In this document: piece by piece, positions 9,410 through 18,082 of the stretch | Layout: every line of letters begins with the position of its first letter | Numbering within the stretch: the first letter of the stretch is position 1 | Assembly (NCBI GenBank): GCA_011364925.1 | Contig: RDOA01000001.1 | Span: 61,997-125,996 of the forward strand | Source: Promethearchaeota archaeon | GTDB lineage: Archaea; Asgardarchaeota; Lokiarchaeia; Sigyniarchaeales; SOKP01 | Length of the DNA stretch: 64,000 bases | Direction of reading: 5' to 3' | Program-made: the position numbers and the translations under genes | Notes under the pieces: model-generated | Seen by the model: only the letters and a program-made list of their open reading frames with translations | The model's database searches: none | What the model was told of the DNA's origin: nothing

Positions 9410-10705
9410 TTAAAAATCAATAGTTTTACCATCCCAAGCATATTCAAATATTCTTTTAATAACTTCGCTATCAATATACCGAGTAACCATGTACGCTACA
9501 GGATCAGTTTCAGCATAATTTACTAAAAGATCTAGATTTTTATTGTAGTCCTCCTCAGTAATAACAGGGTTCTTTATTTCTTTTATACTTACTGGACCGT
9601 CTATTGAATGTATGAAGTCCTTAAGACTTTTAAGAAATTCAGCAGCTAGCTCATTATCGCTTTTATTTTTTGGATCAACTCCAAAAAGTGGACATAAATC
9701 TTTCCATCTTTCAGAAATTTTCATTTGGAACGCAATTGTGTACGGTAGAAACATACCCACACAAAGTCCATGATGAACATTGAGTACTTTACCCAAACTA
9801 TGGCCCAAGGCGTGATCAATTCCCACACGAGAGTGAATAAATCCAAGTCCAGCCATACTCGCTGCAATTTGCATATGTGCTCTAGCTTCTATATCTTTGG
9901 CTCCATATTTGACTGCGCGAGGTAAATATTTAATTGTTTCTTTAACAGCGTAAAAGTTCATTGCATCCGCAAACGGAGTTCCTATGTTTGATACGTAAGA
10001 TCCTGCTGCGTGAGCCAATGCATCAAGACCTGTAGCCATGGTTAAAAATGGCGGCATATCTTTTACAAAATCTGTAATTAAAACTGCATAATCAGGGATT
10101 AACTCTGGATGAGAGACGGTAAATTTTTTCGGAGGATCACGAGATATATCGGTTAACATCGAAGCGAGAGTAACTTCAGATCCAGTTCCTGATGTTGTTG
10201 GAATAGCAACAAAATATTTGATTTTTTTCCTCAAACCAAGCGGCTCTAAAGCAGACACCGTAAATAAATTAGTTTCAGGCTTTTCGAATTTTATCATTAA
10301 AGCTTTTGTTGTATCAAGTACACTCCCTCCACCAATTGCTACAAATACTCTAGGTTTAAAATCGTTACATATTTTTACTGCTTCATCAATAGTATCAATT
10401 GGTACCTCTGGCTTCACTCCAGACCATACTCTTGATTCTATATTTATTTTACCCAGTATACTACTTATTGGGCTAGCAAACTTCTCAGTAAAATCGTCTG
10501 TAATTATTAGAACTCTTCTATCTCCTTCTTCAAGATTACCATCTAAGTAATTCTTTATCCTGTTTAACGCTGTCATTCCAAATATAATCTGTGGTGTTCG
10601 AAAAGCAGTCAATAATCCTCCAGGTGCTCTCCCTTTTAATAAATTCATAAGAGCTTTTAATTGTTCACTTACTAGGTCTTGTGTTTGTTCGATTTTTTTT
10701 TCCAA
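9410..10705 (-). CDS. Iron-containing alcohol dehydrogenase
   Basis: GGGSVLD, IPTTSGTGSE, DALAH, GIDHALGH, HHG metal ligands; TTG start behind AAGTGGT. Confidence 0.92.
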   Translation of the reverse strand: MEKKIEQTQDLVSEQLKALMNLLKGRAPGGLLTAFRTPQIIFGMTALNRIKNYLDGNLEEGDRRVLIITDDFTEKFASPISSILGKINIESRVWSGVKPEVPIDTIDEAVKICNDFKPRVFVAIGGGSVLDTTKALMIKFEKPETNLFTVSALEPLGLRKKIKYFVAIPTTSGTGSEVTLASMLTDISRDPPKKFTVSHPELIPDYAVLITDFVKDMPPFLTMATGLDALAHAAGSYVSNIGTPFADAMNFYAVKETIKYLPRAVKYGAKDIEARAHMQIAASMAGLGFIHSRVGIDHALGHSLGKVLNVHHGLCVGMFLPYTIAFQMKISERWKDLCPLFGVDPKNKSDNELAAEFLKSLKDFIHSIDGPVSIKEIKNPVITEEDYNKNLDLLVNYAETDPVAYMVTRYIDSEVIKRIFEYAWDGKTIDF

Positions 10706-10769
10706 AAAAAACCACTTTTTATTTTTAAATTTAAGATAAATATTGTTTTACTTTTTTAAAAAGGTTTTT

Positions 10770-10786
10770 AATAGCTGTCGTCTATT
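10770..10786. promoter_or_regulatory. Operator-like site AATAGCTGTCGTCTATT between divergent adh-aor and tetR
   Basis: AATAG..CTATT arms with GTCTATT right half-site, adjacent to a minus-strand BRE/TATA (AAAAACC-TTTTTAAA). Confidence 0.55.
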
Positions 10787-10925
10787 TATTGCATAGTGTT
10801 GCCCTACAACACTCGAATGTAGAATTTTAAATCAAAGAAAAGATTTTTCTAAATAGTAGAAAAGTAATTTAAAGACCAAAATGAGTAAATACCTTTAACT
10901 AATTATTTAGGATTTGAAATAAAAA

Positions 10926-11660
10926 ATGGTGAAACAAGAACAAGCTCAATCTAATACTGTAAAGAGGAGAATGCGATCGCCAGAAAAAAAAGCTCAGCAA
11001 TTTGAAAAAATTCTGGAAGTAGGCAAACAATTATTTGAAACTAGTGGACGCGATGGTTTTACCTTATCAGCGTTAGCAAAAAAATTAGATATGAATAAAA
11101 ATAATCTTTACAATTATATTGAGAGTAAACGAGAATTATGGATTGCAATAAGAAAGAAATGCTATGAACAGTATCGCGATGAGAACCGTAAGATCATAAA
11201 AGAAACTAGTGGTACTAATGTCGACGTTTTATTGAAAATCTTTGAGCACTTTTTTGAGTTTGCAGAAAATGATTATGCTGCTTTCCGAATCATGCACACC
11301 ATACGCTCTCCACCGTCGGATAAAGTCGGTCCATTTGAAAAAGAATATAAGCAATTTAGCTTTTTAGATGGAACTACTCGTTTAATTCAAAAGGCTATTG
11401 ATAACGGAGAGATTAAAGAAAATAACGCTGCTTTACTCTCATTCTTTATGTTTAGCTTATTATTAGGATCAACTATGATAGAATGGGCGATGAGGGATAT
11501 TGAAAATACAACTGATAAAGAAGGGAAAAAAATAGACGAATACTTACAATTCGGAAGTCAAAAGTTTACAAGCAAGGAATTTCGGAAATATACATTACAA
11601 AAGATTCAAAAAGGCTTTACCGAGCCGAATATGGCAGTAAATGAATTTGAGTATAAATAA
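10926..11660 (+). CDS. TetR/AcrR-family transcriptional regulator
   Basis: N-terminal HTH (ILEVGKQLF..GRDGFTLSALAKKLDMNKNNLYNYIESKREL); close paralog at 28018. Confidence 0.9.
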   Translation: MVKQEQAQSNTVKRRMRSPEKKAQQFEKILEVGKQLFETSGRDGFTLSALAKKLDMNKNNLYNYIESKRELWIAIRKKCYEQYRDENRKIIKETSGTNVDVLLKIFEHFFEFAENDYAAFRIMHTIRSPPSDKVGPFEKEYKQFSFLDGTTRLIQKAIDNGEIKENNAALLSFFMFSLLLGSTMIEWAMRDIENTTDKEGKKIDEYLQFGSQKFTSKEFRKYTLQKIQKGFTEPNMAVNEFEYK

Positions 11661-11741
11661 AATCAATTATTTCTATTTTTGAATTTCTCTTGCCTTAAAA
11701 AATTGAATAAACTTTATATAATAAATCAAAGATGATATTGA

Positions 11742-12773
11742 ATGTTTGGAGGAAGAAAACCACAGTACCGATTTAAAACTTATAAATCCGATGCAGCACC
11801 CTTTTTCTTCTTTATCGATATCTTTCCGCTTGATCTTAACCTTTTTGATACTCCTCACTCATTAGCGTTAGCTAAGCATATTAAAAACAATCCAATAATG
11901 CCTTTACCAATGAGAATTGATCGCGTTTACAACGGAGTAAGTTCGATCCTTATTCGACCTAATTCTCCAGTATCATTTCCCTTGAACGAATCGATTGTAG
12001 CTTTAGTTAATCCGGTTCCCTTTCTCCAATTGGGAATTGAGAATTTGCTTTTTTTTACAGAAATTCGATCTCAACAACGATTGTTACGCTCCGTTAGGAA
12101 AGAAAAAGTTAAGGAATGGTGGGAAAATACACGACACCTTTATGGCAATCTACACCAGGTCGAAGAAGATTTTGCTGCTTTTCTAAAAGCATATTTATAT
12201 ACTATAGTTAATGCAAAAATCAATGAAGAGGATATTACAGGTGCTGCTTTAGAATATTGTGAAATTGTTAATAATATTTGTAAACAGAGAATGCTTAAAA
12301 ATAAGATTTTAGTGGAGATCAAAAATGCTCAAAAGCATGTAAAACTATATCGAGAAAAAACAGCCAAAAGGAGAGAAAAGCTAACTATAGTCAAAAAACT
12401 CGAATATCACCCAGATCTCATCGATATTGAAGTATTTAATTTTTCAGATACTGGTTTTCCAAAGCAGATGGATTTTAAAAATTCTAATTTGAAAAACTAT
12501 GGAAGTATTGTAGCGAAGTATATTCCATTGCTATTATATGATGATTTACAGGAATGTATGCTACAAAATATGAAATTACTTGAAACGAATGAAATTTCGT
12601 TATTAAATCCATCATTTCTTTTGGAAAATAATGTTATTATTCTTTTAAGCTCAGAAAAAGCAGAAGATAGTGATTTGAACAAATATATATGGTTATCGGA
12701 TTTAAATGAAGTAGATATTGAAGGAATTTTAAATTCCATAACTCAATCTTTAATCTCTATAAGTAATATCTAG
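11742..12773 (+). CDS. Hypothetical soluble protein
   Basis: 343-aa ORF with normal composition and an upstream TATA-like element; no motif recognised. Confidence 0.7.
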   Translation: MFGGRKPQYRFKTYKSDAAPFFFFIDIFPLDLNLFDTPHSLALAKHIKNNPIMPLPMRIDRVYNGVSSILIRPNSPVSFPLNESIVALVNPVPFLQLGIENLLFFTEIRSQQRLLRSVRKEKVKEWWENTRHLYGNLHQVEEDFAAFLKAYLYTIVNAKINEEDITGAALEYCEIVNNICKQRMLKNKILVEIKNAQKHVKLYREKTAKRREKLTIVKKLEYHPDLIDIEVFNFSDTGFPKQMDFKNSNLKNYGSIVAKYIPLLLYDDLQECMLQNMKLLETNEISLLNPSFLLENNVIILLSSEKAEDSDLNKYIWLSDLNEVDIEGILNSITQSLISISNI

Positions 12774-12914
12774 AATATGGGATAATAATCATCGTTGATC
12801 TATCTTACACTAGAAAAGCGATCTTCTTGAGAATCTCTTAAATTAGGGCATTCAAAGATTCTCTTGGCTGATTTGTTAAATATTCAAATTTCACCTTGAA
12901 AAAGAAACAAGAAT

Positions 12915-12977
12915 GAAAAGTTTAAATACTCTCGTATCGTATGATAGACTAAGTATGTTTAATACATACTGTCTATT
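12915..12977 (+). promoter_or_regulatory. Archaeal promoter (BRE GAAAAG, TATA TTTAAATA) followed by two tandem operator-like sites (12943-12959, 12961-12977)
   Basis: GATAGACTAAGTATGTT and AATACATACTGTCTATT lie between the TATA box and the oppA start. Confidence 0.6.
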
Positions 12978-13021
12978 TAAAAAAAAAAACTAAAAAATAA
13001 TAAACAAGGGAAAGAATAAGA

Positions 13022-15154
13022 ATGAGAAAATTTACAAAAATATTAGTCATGATACTTCTCTTTAGTTCTTTTGTTATCTCATTTATTCCAGTCATAGCAG
13101 AACCTAAACCCGCACAAGCTGATCCATTAATTTTTAGGTTTGGAGTTCAATCAACTGCCGGAGATTGGGATCCAGCAATTCGGTATGCTGCTCCAGCTGA
13201 TGTGGCCCGATTCCCTACCCTCGAGGGCTTTGTAACATATCCTGCTTATTGGAATGGCGATGTCAATTCATTAATACCATGTCTTGCAACCGATTGGGTT
13301 TTCGAATATTGGCCAGTAGAACAAAATTCAAAAGGATATTATAATAGCGGAGGTATAAAGTCGACTACTTTAACATTGCGAGAAAATGTAACCTTCCATG
13401 ATGGTTCTCAATGGAACGCTACAGTAGCAAAATGGAATCTGGATCGAATAATGATTGTTTCTGGTAATTTGACAGGAAGGGGTAATACTAAATATCTAGC
13501 TGATTTTTGGGAAGATGCAAGCGATTACTTACCTTTTTATACTCAAAGTTGGAACTTTTCATCTGCTATTGGCCAGATGCCTTCCTATAATGGCATGACT
13601 GCAACGATTCCTGCATTAAACGGTACTTTTCCTAAAATCAATAATGTAACTATCTTAGACGCGGGAGGACCGAATGGAGGGGGCATAATTAAAATCAATT
13701 ATAATGATTGGGCTTCTTTTTCAGTTTGGGAGATTTTAGCAGGTAATCCTCAACATTATGTATTGATGATATCGATGGCGGCTTATGCGGATTATTGGGA
13801 TAGAGCAATTTATGGTTTTGGAGAAGTTCCTGGCTTTCCTCAGGACGCTACCTTCAAACACTTGGTTGGAACGGGGCCTTATATATTTGATCATTGGACG
13901 ACCACAGGACCGACAACGGGAGGCTTAATAGTAAAAAACGAGAATTATTGGAATAAAACAGCCCTTGAAGCTGCTGGTTGGTTCGGGATTGATGAAGTAC
14001 AATTTGTGTTATTTACTCCCGACGATGCTGGTACACAAGCACGTAATTTGGCAATGAAGACTGGAGCTATAGACTTTTCTTCCGATGTCAGTGGTTTTAA
14101 TTTTGTTTACGATGAAGTTATTTCTCAAGCTGACTTAACATATTTTACCAACCCGATTGGAGATTATCCATTCTGTCTTATATTGAATTGCATCAATGAG
14201 ACCGCCTGGAAGACGCTTTACGACGGTGGAATGTTTCCATATAAGACCAATGGACTCCCGCGCTTATTCCGGAAAGCAATATCATACGCATTCGACTATG
14301 AAGCATTTTTACAGACAGCTTATAATGGACGTGCGACGCGTATGAATAGTTATCTTGGTAACGATAATCTCTATGCTAATCCAAGCATTCCTATGCCATA
14401 CTTAAATCTTTCCATCGCACGAGAGGCTATACTTGCTCAATATCCAACTGAATGCGCTGCTAGAGGTCTTGATGCAAATAGTCCCGATCAAGATTGGATA
14501 AATGTTGCAAACTCAAATCCTATTTACAGGGTTAGTTTCTATTGGGATATATCTTCGGTTCAGCAGGTTTTAAAAGATTATATAGAAACTGCTCTTAAAA
14601 GTATTGGGATGGCTTATTATGACGATGCTGATCATCAAGCGACACCTACTATATGGGCAAAAATATTTCAACCAGGAATCATGTTTTCTGCACAAATGTG
14701 GGGATCGACTTGGGCTATAGCACCAAATGATATCGGTCACGCACACATTAACGCGTACTTCAAGTATCCAGGCCCAGGTACGGTATATTATAACTTAGCC
14801 TTCTGTTATCTCAATAATGTCACAGACTGGATAGACCAAATTTATTTTTCAAACAGTACTACACGACAAGAATACTACGATGATATAGGCGTCACTCTAC
14901 AAGAATACGAGTACCCATGGATGTGGATAGGTCATGGTCAATTTGGTTATGTCTATAGGAGAGAATGGGAAGTGCGCGAGTTTGAGCGCTATTTTGGTAT
15001 GCCAACAATTGTTGGAGATCTTACCCATATAAAGTGGGTTGGATGGGAGCCACCCATACCTGGAATACCCGGATATTCGATGTATATCACCTTGTCTGTT
15101 TCAGCAGCTGCAACTGTCGGAATTATTTATGTAATGATGAAAAAAAGAAAGTAA
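13022..15154 (+). CDS. oppA: Family 5 (OppA/DppA-like) solute-binding protein with signal peptide and C-terminal IPGY+TM anchor
   Basis: Signal peptide; LATDW, LRENVTFHDGSQWNA..AKWNLDR, GTGPY, FRKAISYAFDY; ends IPGIPGYS-hydrophobic helix-KKRK. Confidence 0.88.
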   Translation: MRKFTKILVMILLFSSFVISFIPVIAEPKPAQADPLIFRFGVQSTAGDWDPAIRYAAPADVARFPTLEGFVTYPAYWNGDVNSLIPCLATDWVFEYWPVEQNSKGYYNSGGIKSTTLTLRENVTFHDGSQWNATVAKWNLDRIMIVSGNLTGRGNTKYLADFWEDASDYLPFYTQSWNFSSAIGQMPSYNGMTATIPALNGTFPKINNVTILDAGGPNGGGIIKINYNDWASFSVWEILAGNPQHYVLMISMAAYADYWDRAIYGFGEVPGFPQDATFKHLVGTGPYIFDHWTTTGPTTGGLIVKNENYWNKTALEAAGWFGIDEVQFVLFTPDDAGTQARNLAMKTGAIDFSSDVSGFNFVYDEVISQADLTYFTNPIGDYPFCLILNCINETAWKTLYDGGMFPYKTNGLPRLFRKAISYAFDYEAFLQTAYNGRATRMNSYLGNDNLYANPSIPMPYLNLSIAREAILAQYPTECAARGLDANSPDQDWINVANSNPIYRVSFYWDISSVQQVLKDYIETALKSIGMAYYDDADHQATPTIWAKIFQPGIMFSAQMWGSTWAIAPNDIGHAHINAYFKYPGPGTVYYNLAFCYLNNVTDWIDQIYFSNSTTRQEYYDDIGVTLQEYEYPWMWIGHGQFGYVYRREWEVREFERYFGMPTIVGDLTHIKWVGWEPPIPGIPGYSMYITLSVSAAATVGIIYVMMKKRK

Positions 15155-15296
15155 CAACATCAAAAATTACCTTTTAATATACTTTTTTTTTATTTTTATG
15201 TATTATACCAATTCTTCAAGAATATAGAGATAAGAGTCTTTAGCTAACTTCTTAATAATTAAAAAAAAAGAATCTATAAGCAGATTTTTACGCTCT

Positions 15297-16550
15297 CTAA
15301 ATGGGAACTATACGTATTTCATTGACAGGATATTTATTAAAATTTTCATAACCATTGTGTGTAAAGACACCTGAGGAACCTACCCAAAGAGCTTTTTTTG
15401 TATTAGGAATCCTAACCCATATATGTAAAGTAACCGTGTTACCCGGTTTAAACTCAAAATTTTGATACAATTGTGCCCATGCTGCGCTATTAGTACCGGG
15501 TGTTGCCCCTGCTACCGGTGGTTGCATCATAAAACACCAACCAGCAATTAATATACTTGGTACTTGCTCAAGACCAGCGTCATAAATTGGCTTAAGAAAC
15601 TGATCTATATCTTTTCCTTTCATTCCAGGCTTTAGTTCAGAAACCATATTATCATGAACCATAGCTGCAACATTGAACATTTTTTCATATTCAGGTGTTG
15701 GATTACCAACAAACCAAGTTCCCCAGAGCTTTCCCCAATAATTACCGTATCCTAAACAAAATTCGGACATTAGAAAATCACCTACTTTCACTCGTTTTCC
15801 TGTTGAATAAGGCGTAGGATAAAAGTAATCAGGATTTTCCATTGAAAAGGAACTGACATGACCGAACGGAAATGTTCCATAATGGCGAACTGCTGTCAAA
15901 TTCATTGCTCGTTGTAAGTCTTTGTGTTTTATTCCGGGACGGGTTAATTGAAAAACCTCTTCTTGAGCCAGATCCGTTAAAGCTCCTGCCCTTCTAAGGA
16001 GCGCTATTTCTTCTTCGCTTTTAATAAGTTGTAGATCCTGCAACCAAGGATTAGCGCTGACAATTTTTGCATCCGGAAAGTTTTTATCTATAAGCTGACG
16101 TTGTTCAGTGAATAAGGTGATATCACCATATTGAGCTCCTCCAGGACCAACAAGTCCAATCGTTCCTTTTTCGTATCCAAGATCTTTGATTTTTTGAATT
16201 GCATTTGATAATGGTTCTCCATCTTTTATATCTTTCACGTAGGAAATGGTAGCCGCGTTTACGCAATGATAATCTAAATTAATAAACATTGTAGGTTCGC
16301 CTTCTACTGGAACAGTAAGATATGTTTCAAAAACATTTGCGAAACGGGTAAGATACTGGAGGTGTATCTGACCAGGACTATTTCCTATCCCCACATGCCC
16401 ATAAACTAAAAGTACATCTATTCCTCTTTCCTTCATCTCCTTTCGAACATATTTGTAGCGTTGAGCCATTTCTTTATCTGAAAAATATGGAAGAAAGTTA
16501 TTATCAGCGTCTTCAGGTATTACATCATAAATTTCTTTACTCATTTTCAT
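15297..16550 (-). CDS. Creatinase/M24 (pita-bread fold) family protein lacking canonical metal ligands
   Basis: Creatinase-N-like N-terminus (RYKYVRKEMKERGIDVLLV..LQYLT), IKSEEEIALLRRAG linker, LKPG and FKPG motifs. Confidence 0.8.
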   Translation of the reverse strand: MKMSKEIYDVIPEDADNNFLPYFSDKEMAQRYKYVRKEMKERGIDVLLVYGHVGIGNSPGQIHLQYLTRFANVFETYLTVPVEGEPTMFINLDYHCVNAATISYVKDIKDGEPLSNAIQKIKDLGYEKGTIGLVGPGGAQYGDITLFTEQRQLIDKNFPDAKIVSANPWLQDLQLIKSEEEIALLRRAGALTDLAQEEVFQLTRPGIKHKDLQRAMNLTAVRHYGTFPFGHVSSFSMENPDYFYPTPYSTGKRVKVGDFLMSEFCLGYGNYWGKLWGTWFVGNPTPEYEKMFNVAAMVHDNMVSELKPGMKGKDIDQFLKPIYDAGLEQVPSILIAGWCFMMQPPVAGATPGTNSAAWAQLYQNFEFKPGNTVTLHIWVRIPNTKKALWVGSSGVFTHNGYENFNKYPVNEIRIVPI

Positions 16551-16605
16551 CTCTCTAATTAATTTTATTACTATAAAATTCTAACCACAAATGAGAATTT
16601 TTTTT

Positions 16606-16622
16606 AATATACAGTATGCATT
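16606..16622. promoter_or_regulatory. Operator-like site AATATACAGTATGCATT downstream of minus-strand BRE/TATA of the M24 gene
   Basis: Minus strand reads GAAAAG-TTATAAATA-TGTTT-AATGCATACTGTATATT, nearly identical to the oppA site at 12954-12977. Confidence 0.6.
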
Positions 16623-16750
16623 AAACATATTTATAACTTTTCATAATTTAAAGCGTTTCAATCAAAGTTCTTCAAATACAGTTAAAACTCAGATACTCTC
16701 TCTTTATTCCACAAATAATTGACTTACTTAAACGCTTTTTACAAAAGAAA

Positions 16751-18055
16751 TCACTGTTTTGGGGGATTTACACACCAAATATAATGATCCTCCTCAATTT
16801 TTATCTTATGAGGCAAATCAAATTCACATTCCTTAGTTCGCACATCTGAGGAGCAGCGAGGGTGAAAAGTACATCCCGTAGGTGGGGTTATAGGGCTTGG
16901 AACTTCACCGCGAATAATAAACTTTATATCCCTATTTTTCATGTCTACTTCGGATCTCGACGCTAATAGCGCTCGGGTGTAAGGATGCGTGGGTTTCGAA
17001 AAAATTTGTTCGGTATCCCCAATTTCAACGATCTGACCGAGATACATAACTGCGATTCGATCAGCAATATGATTTACTGCAGCTAAATTGTGTGTAATAA
17101 ATAAATACCCATAACCGTAATTTTTCTGTAATCTTTTTAATAAGTTTAGGATTTGTGCTTGTACTGATACATCAAGGGCAGATGTTGGTTCGTCAAGAAT
17201 TATAAGTTCTGGATTGGTTGCGAGTGCTCGAGCAATAACAATTCTTTGCTTTTGGCCACCTGAAAATTCATGTGGATAGCGATCCATATGTTCTCGCTTC
17301 AAGGCAACCTCTTTCATTAATCCTAAAACTCTTTTTCTTAGTTCATCTTTTTTAGTGATGCCTAACAAGTTTTTCAGAGGTTCAGCAATAATCTCAAATA
17401 CTTTTAAGCGAGGATTTAAAGAAGCATCTGGATCCTGATAAACAATTTGAATTTTCTGTCTTAAATTAGATGGATATTTACGATGAATTGCCCTGTCTTG
17501 GAATCGAATATTTCCATCAGTTTTCTTTACTAAACCTAAAATCGAAAGAGCTACCGTTGTTTTCCCACAACCGCTTTCTCCGACTAATCCAAGGGTTTGA
17601 CCTGAATTAATTTCAAAAGATATACCATTAACAGCTTTAATGACCCCTATTTGTCTTCTAAACATTCCTCCAATGAGAGGATAAAAAACTTTCAAATCCT
17701 TAACATCTAATAGATTCTTCCCTCTTTCAAGAGTTTTCATTTGACCAAATTTATCAACTCTAAGAACATTAAATCTAATATATCTAACAGCAAAACTCGT
17801 AATAATTCGTATTAGAAGATAAATTAGCCAAAAATTAGTTAAGAAAATTTCTGGTAGAGGAAAGAAGATAAAAAGAATACCTGAAATTGATGAAATAAAA
17901 TATAAATGAACTTTTACCCTAACTAATTGGGATCTAGCATCCGATTTAATGATAAAAAACGAAAGAAAAAATCCTATCCAAAAAAGAAGTAAAAAAACAA
18001 TTATAAATACGTTTAAATCAAAGATGTTAAAGATATAATTATATTGAAAAATCAT
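16751..18055 (-). CDS. oppF: OppF/DppF-type ABC ATPase with N-terminal ~3-TM extension
   Basis: GESGCGKT, FSGGQKQ, ITHNL; paralog of 2387-3685 including the D(A/P)RSQLVR motif in the TM region. Confidence 0.9.
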   Translation of the reverse strand: MIFQYNYIFNIFDLNVFIIVFLLLFWIGFFLSFFIIKSDARSQLVRVKVHLYFISSISGILFIFFPLPEIFLTNFWLIYLLIRIITSFAVRYIRFNVLRVDKFGQMKTLERGKNLLDVKDLKVFYPLIGGMFRRQIGVIKAVNGISFEINSGQTLGLVGESGCGKTTVALSILGLVKKTDGNIRFQDRAIHRKYPSNLRQKIQIVYQDPDASLNPRLKVFEIIAEPLKNLLGITKKDELRKRVLGLMKEVALKREHMDRYPHEFSGGQKQRIVIARALATNPELIILDEPTSALDVSVQAQILNLLKRLQKNYGYGYLFITHNLAAVNHIADRIAVMYLGQIVEIGDTEQIFSKPTHPYTRALLASRSEVDMKNRDIKFIIRGEVPSPITPPTGCTFHPRCSSDVRTKECEFDLPHKIKIEEDHYIWCVNPPKQ

Positions 18056-18082
18056 ACTCGTTCACTCTATTCTATTTCTTTT

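Noticed and set aside
12829-12863. 8-bp inverted repeat GAGAATCT..AGATTCTC
   Set aside because: Short stem with a long loop, single occurrence; compatible with chance.
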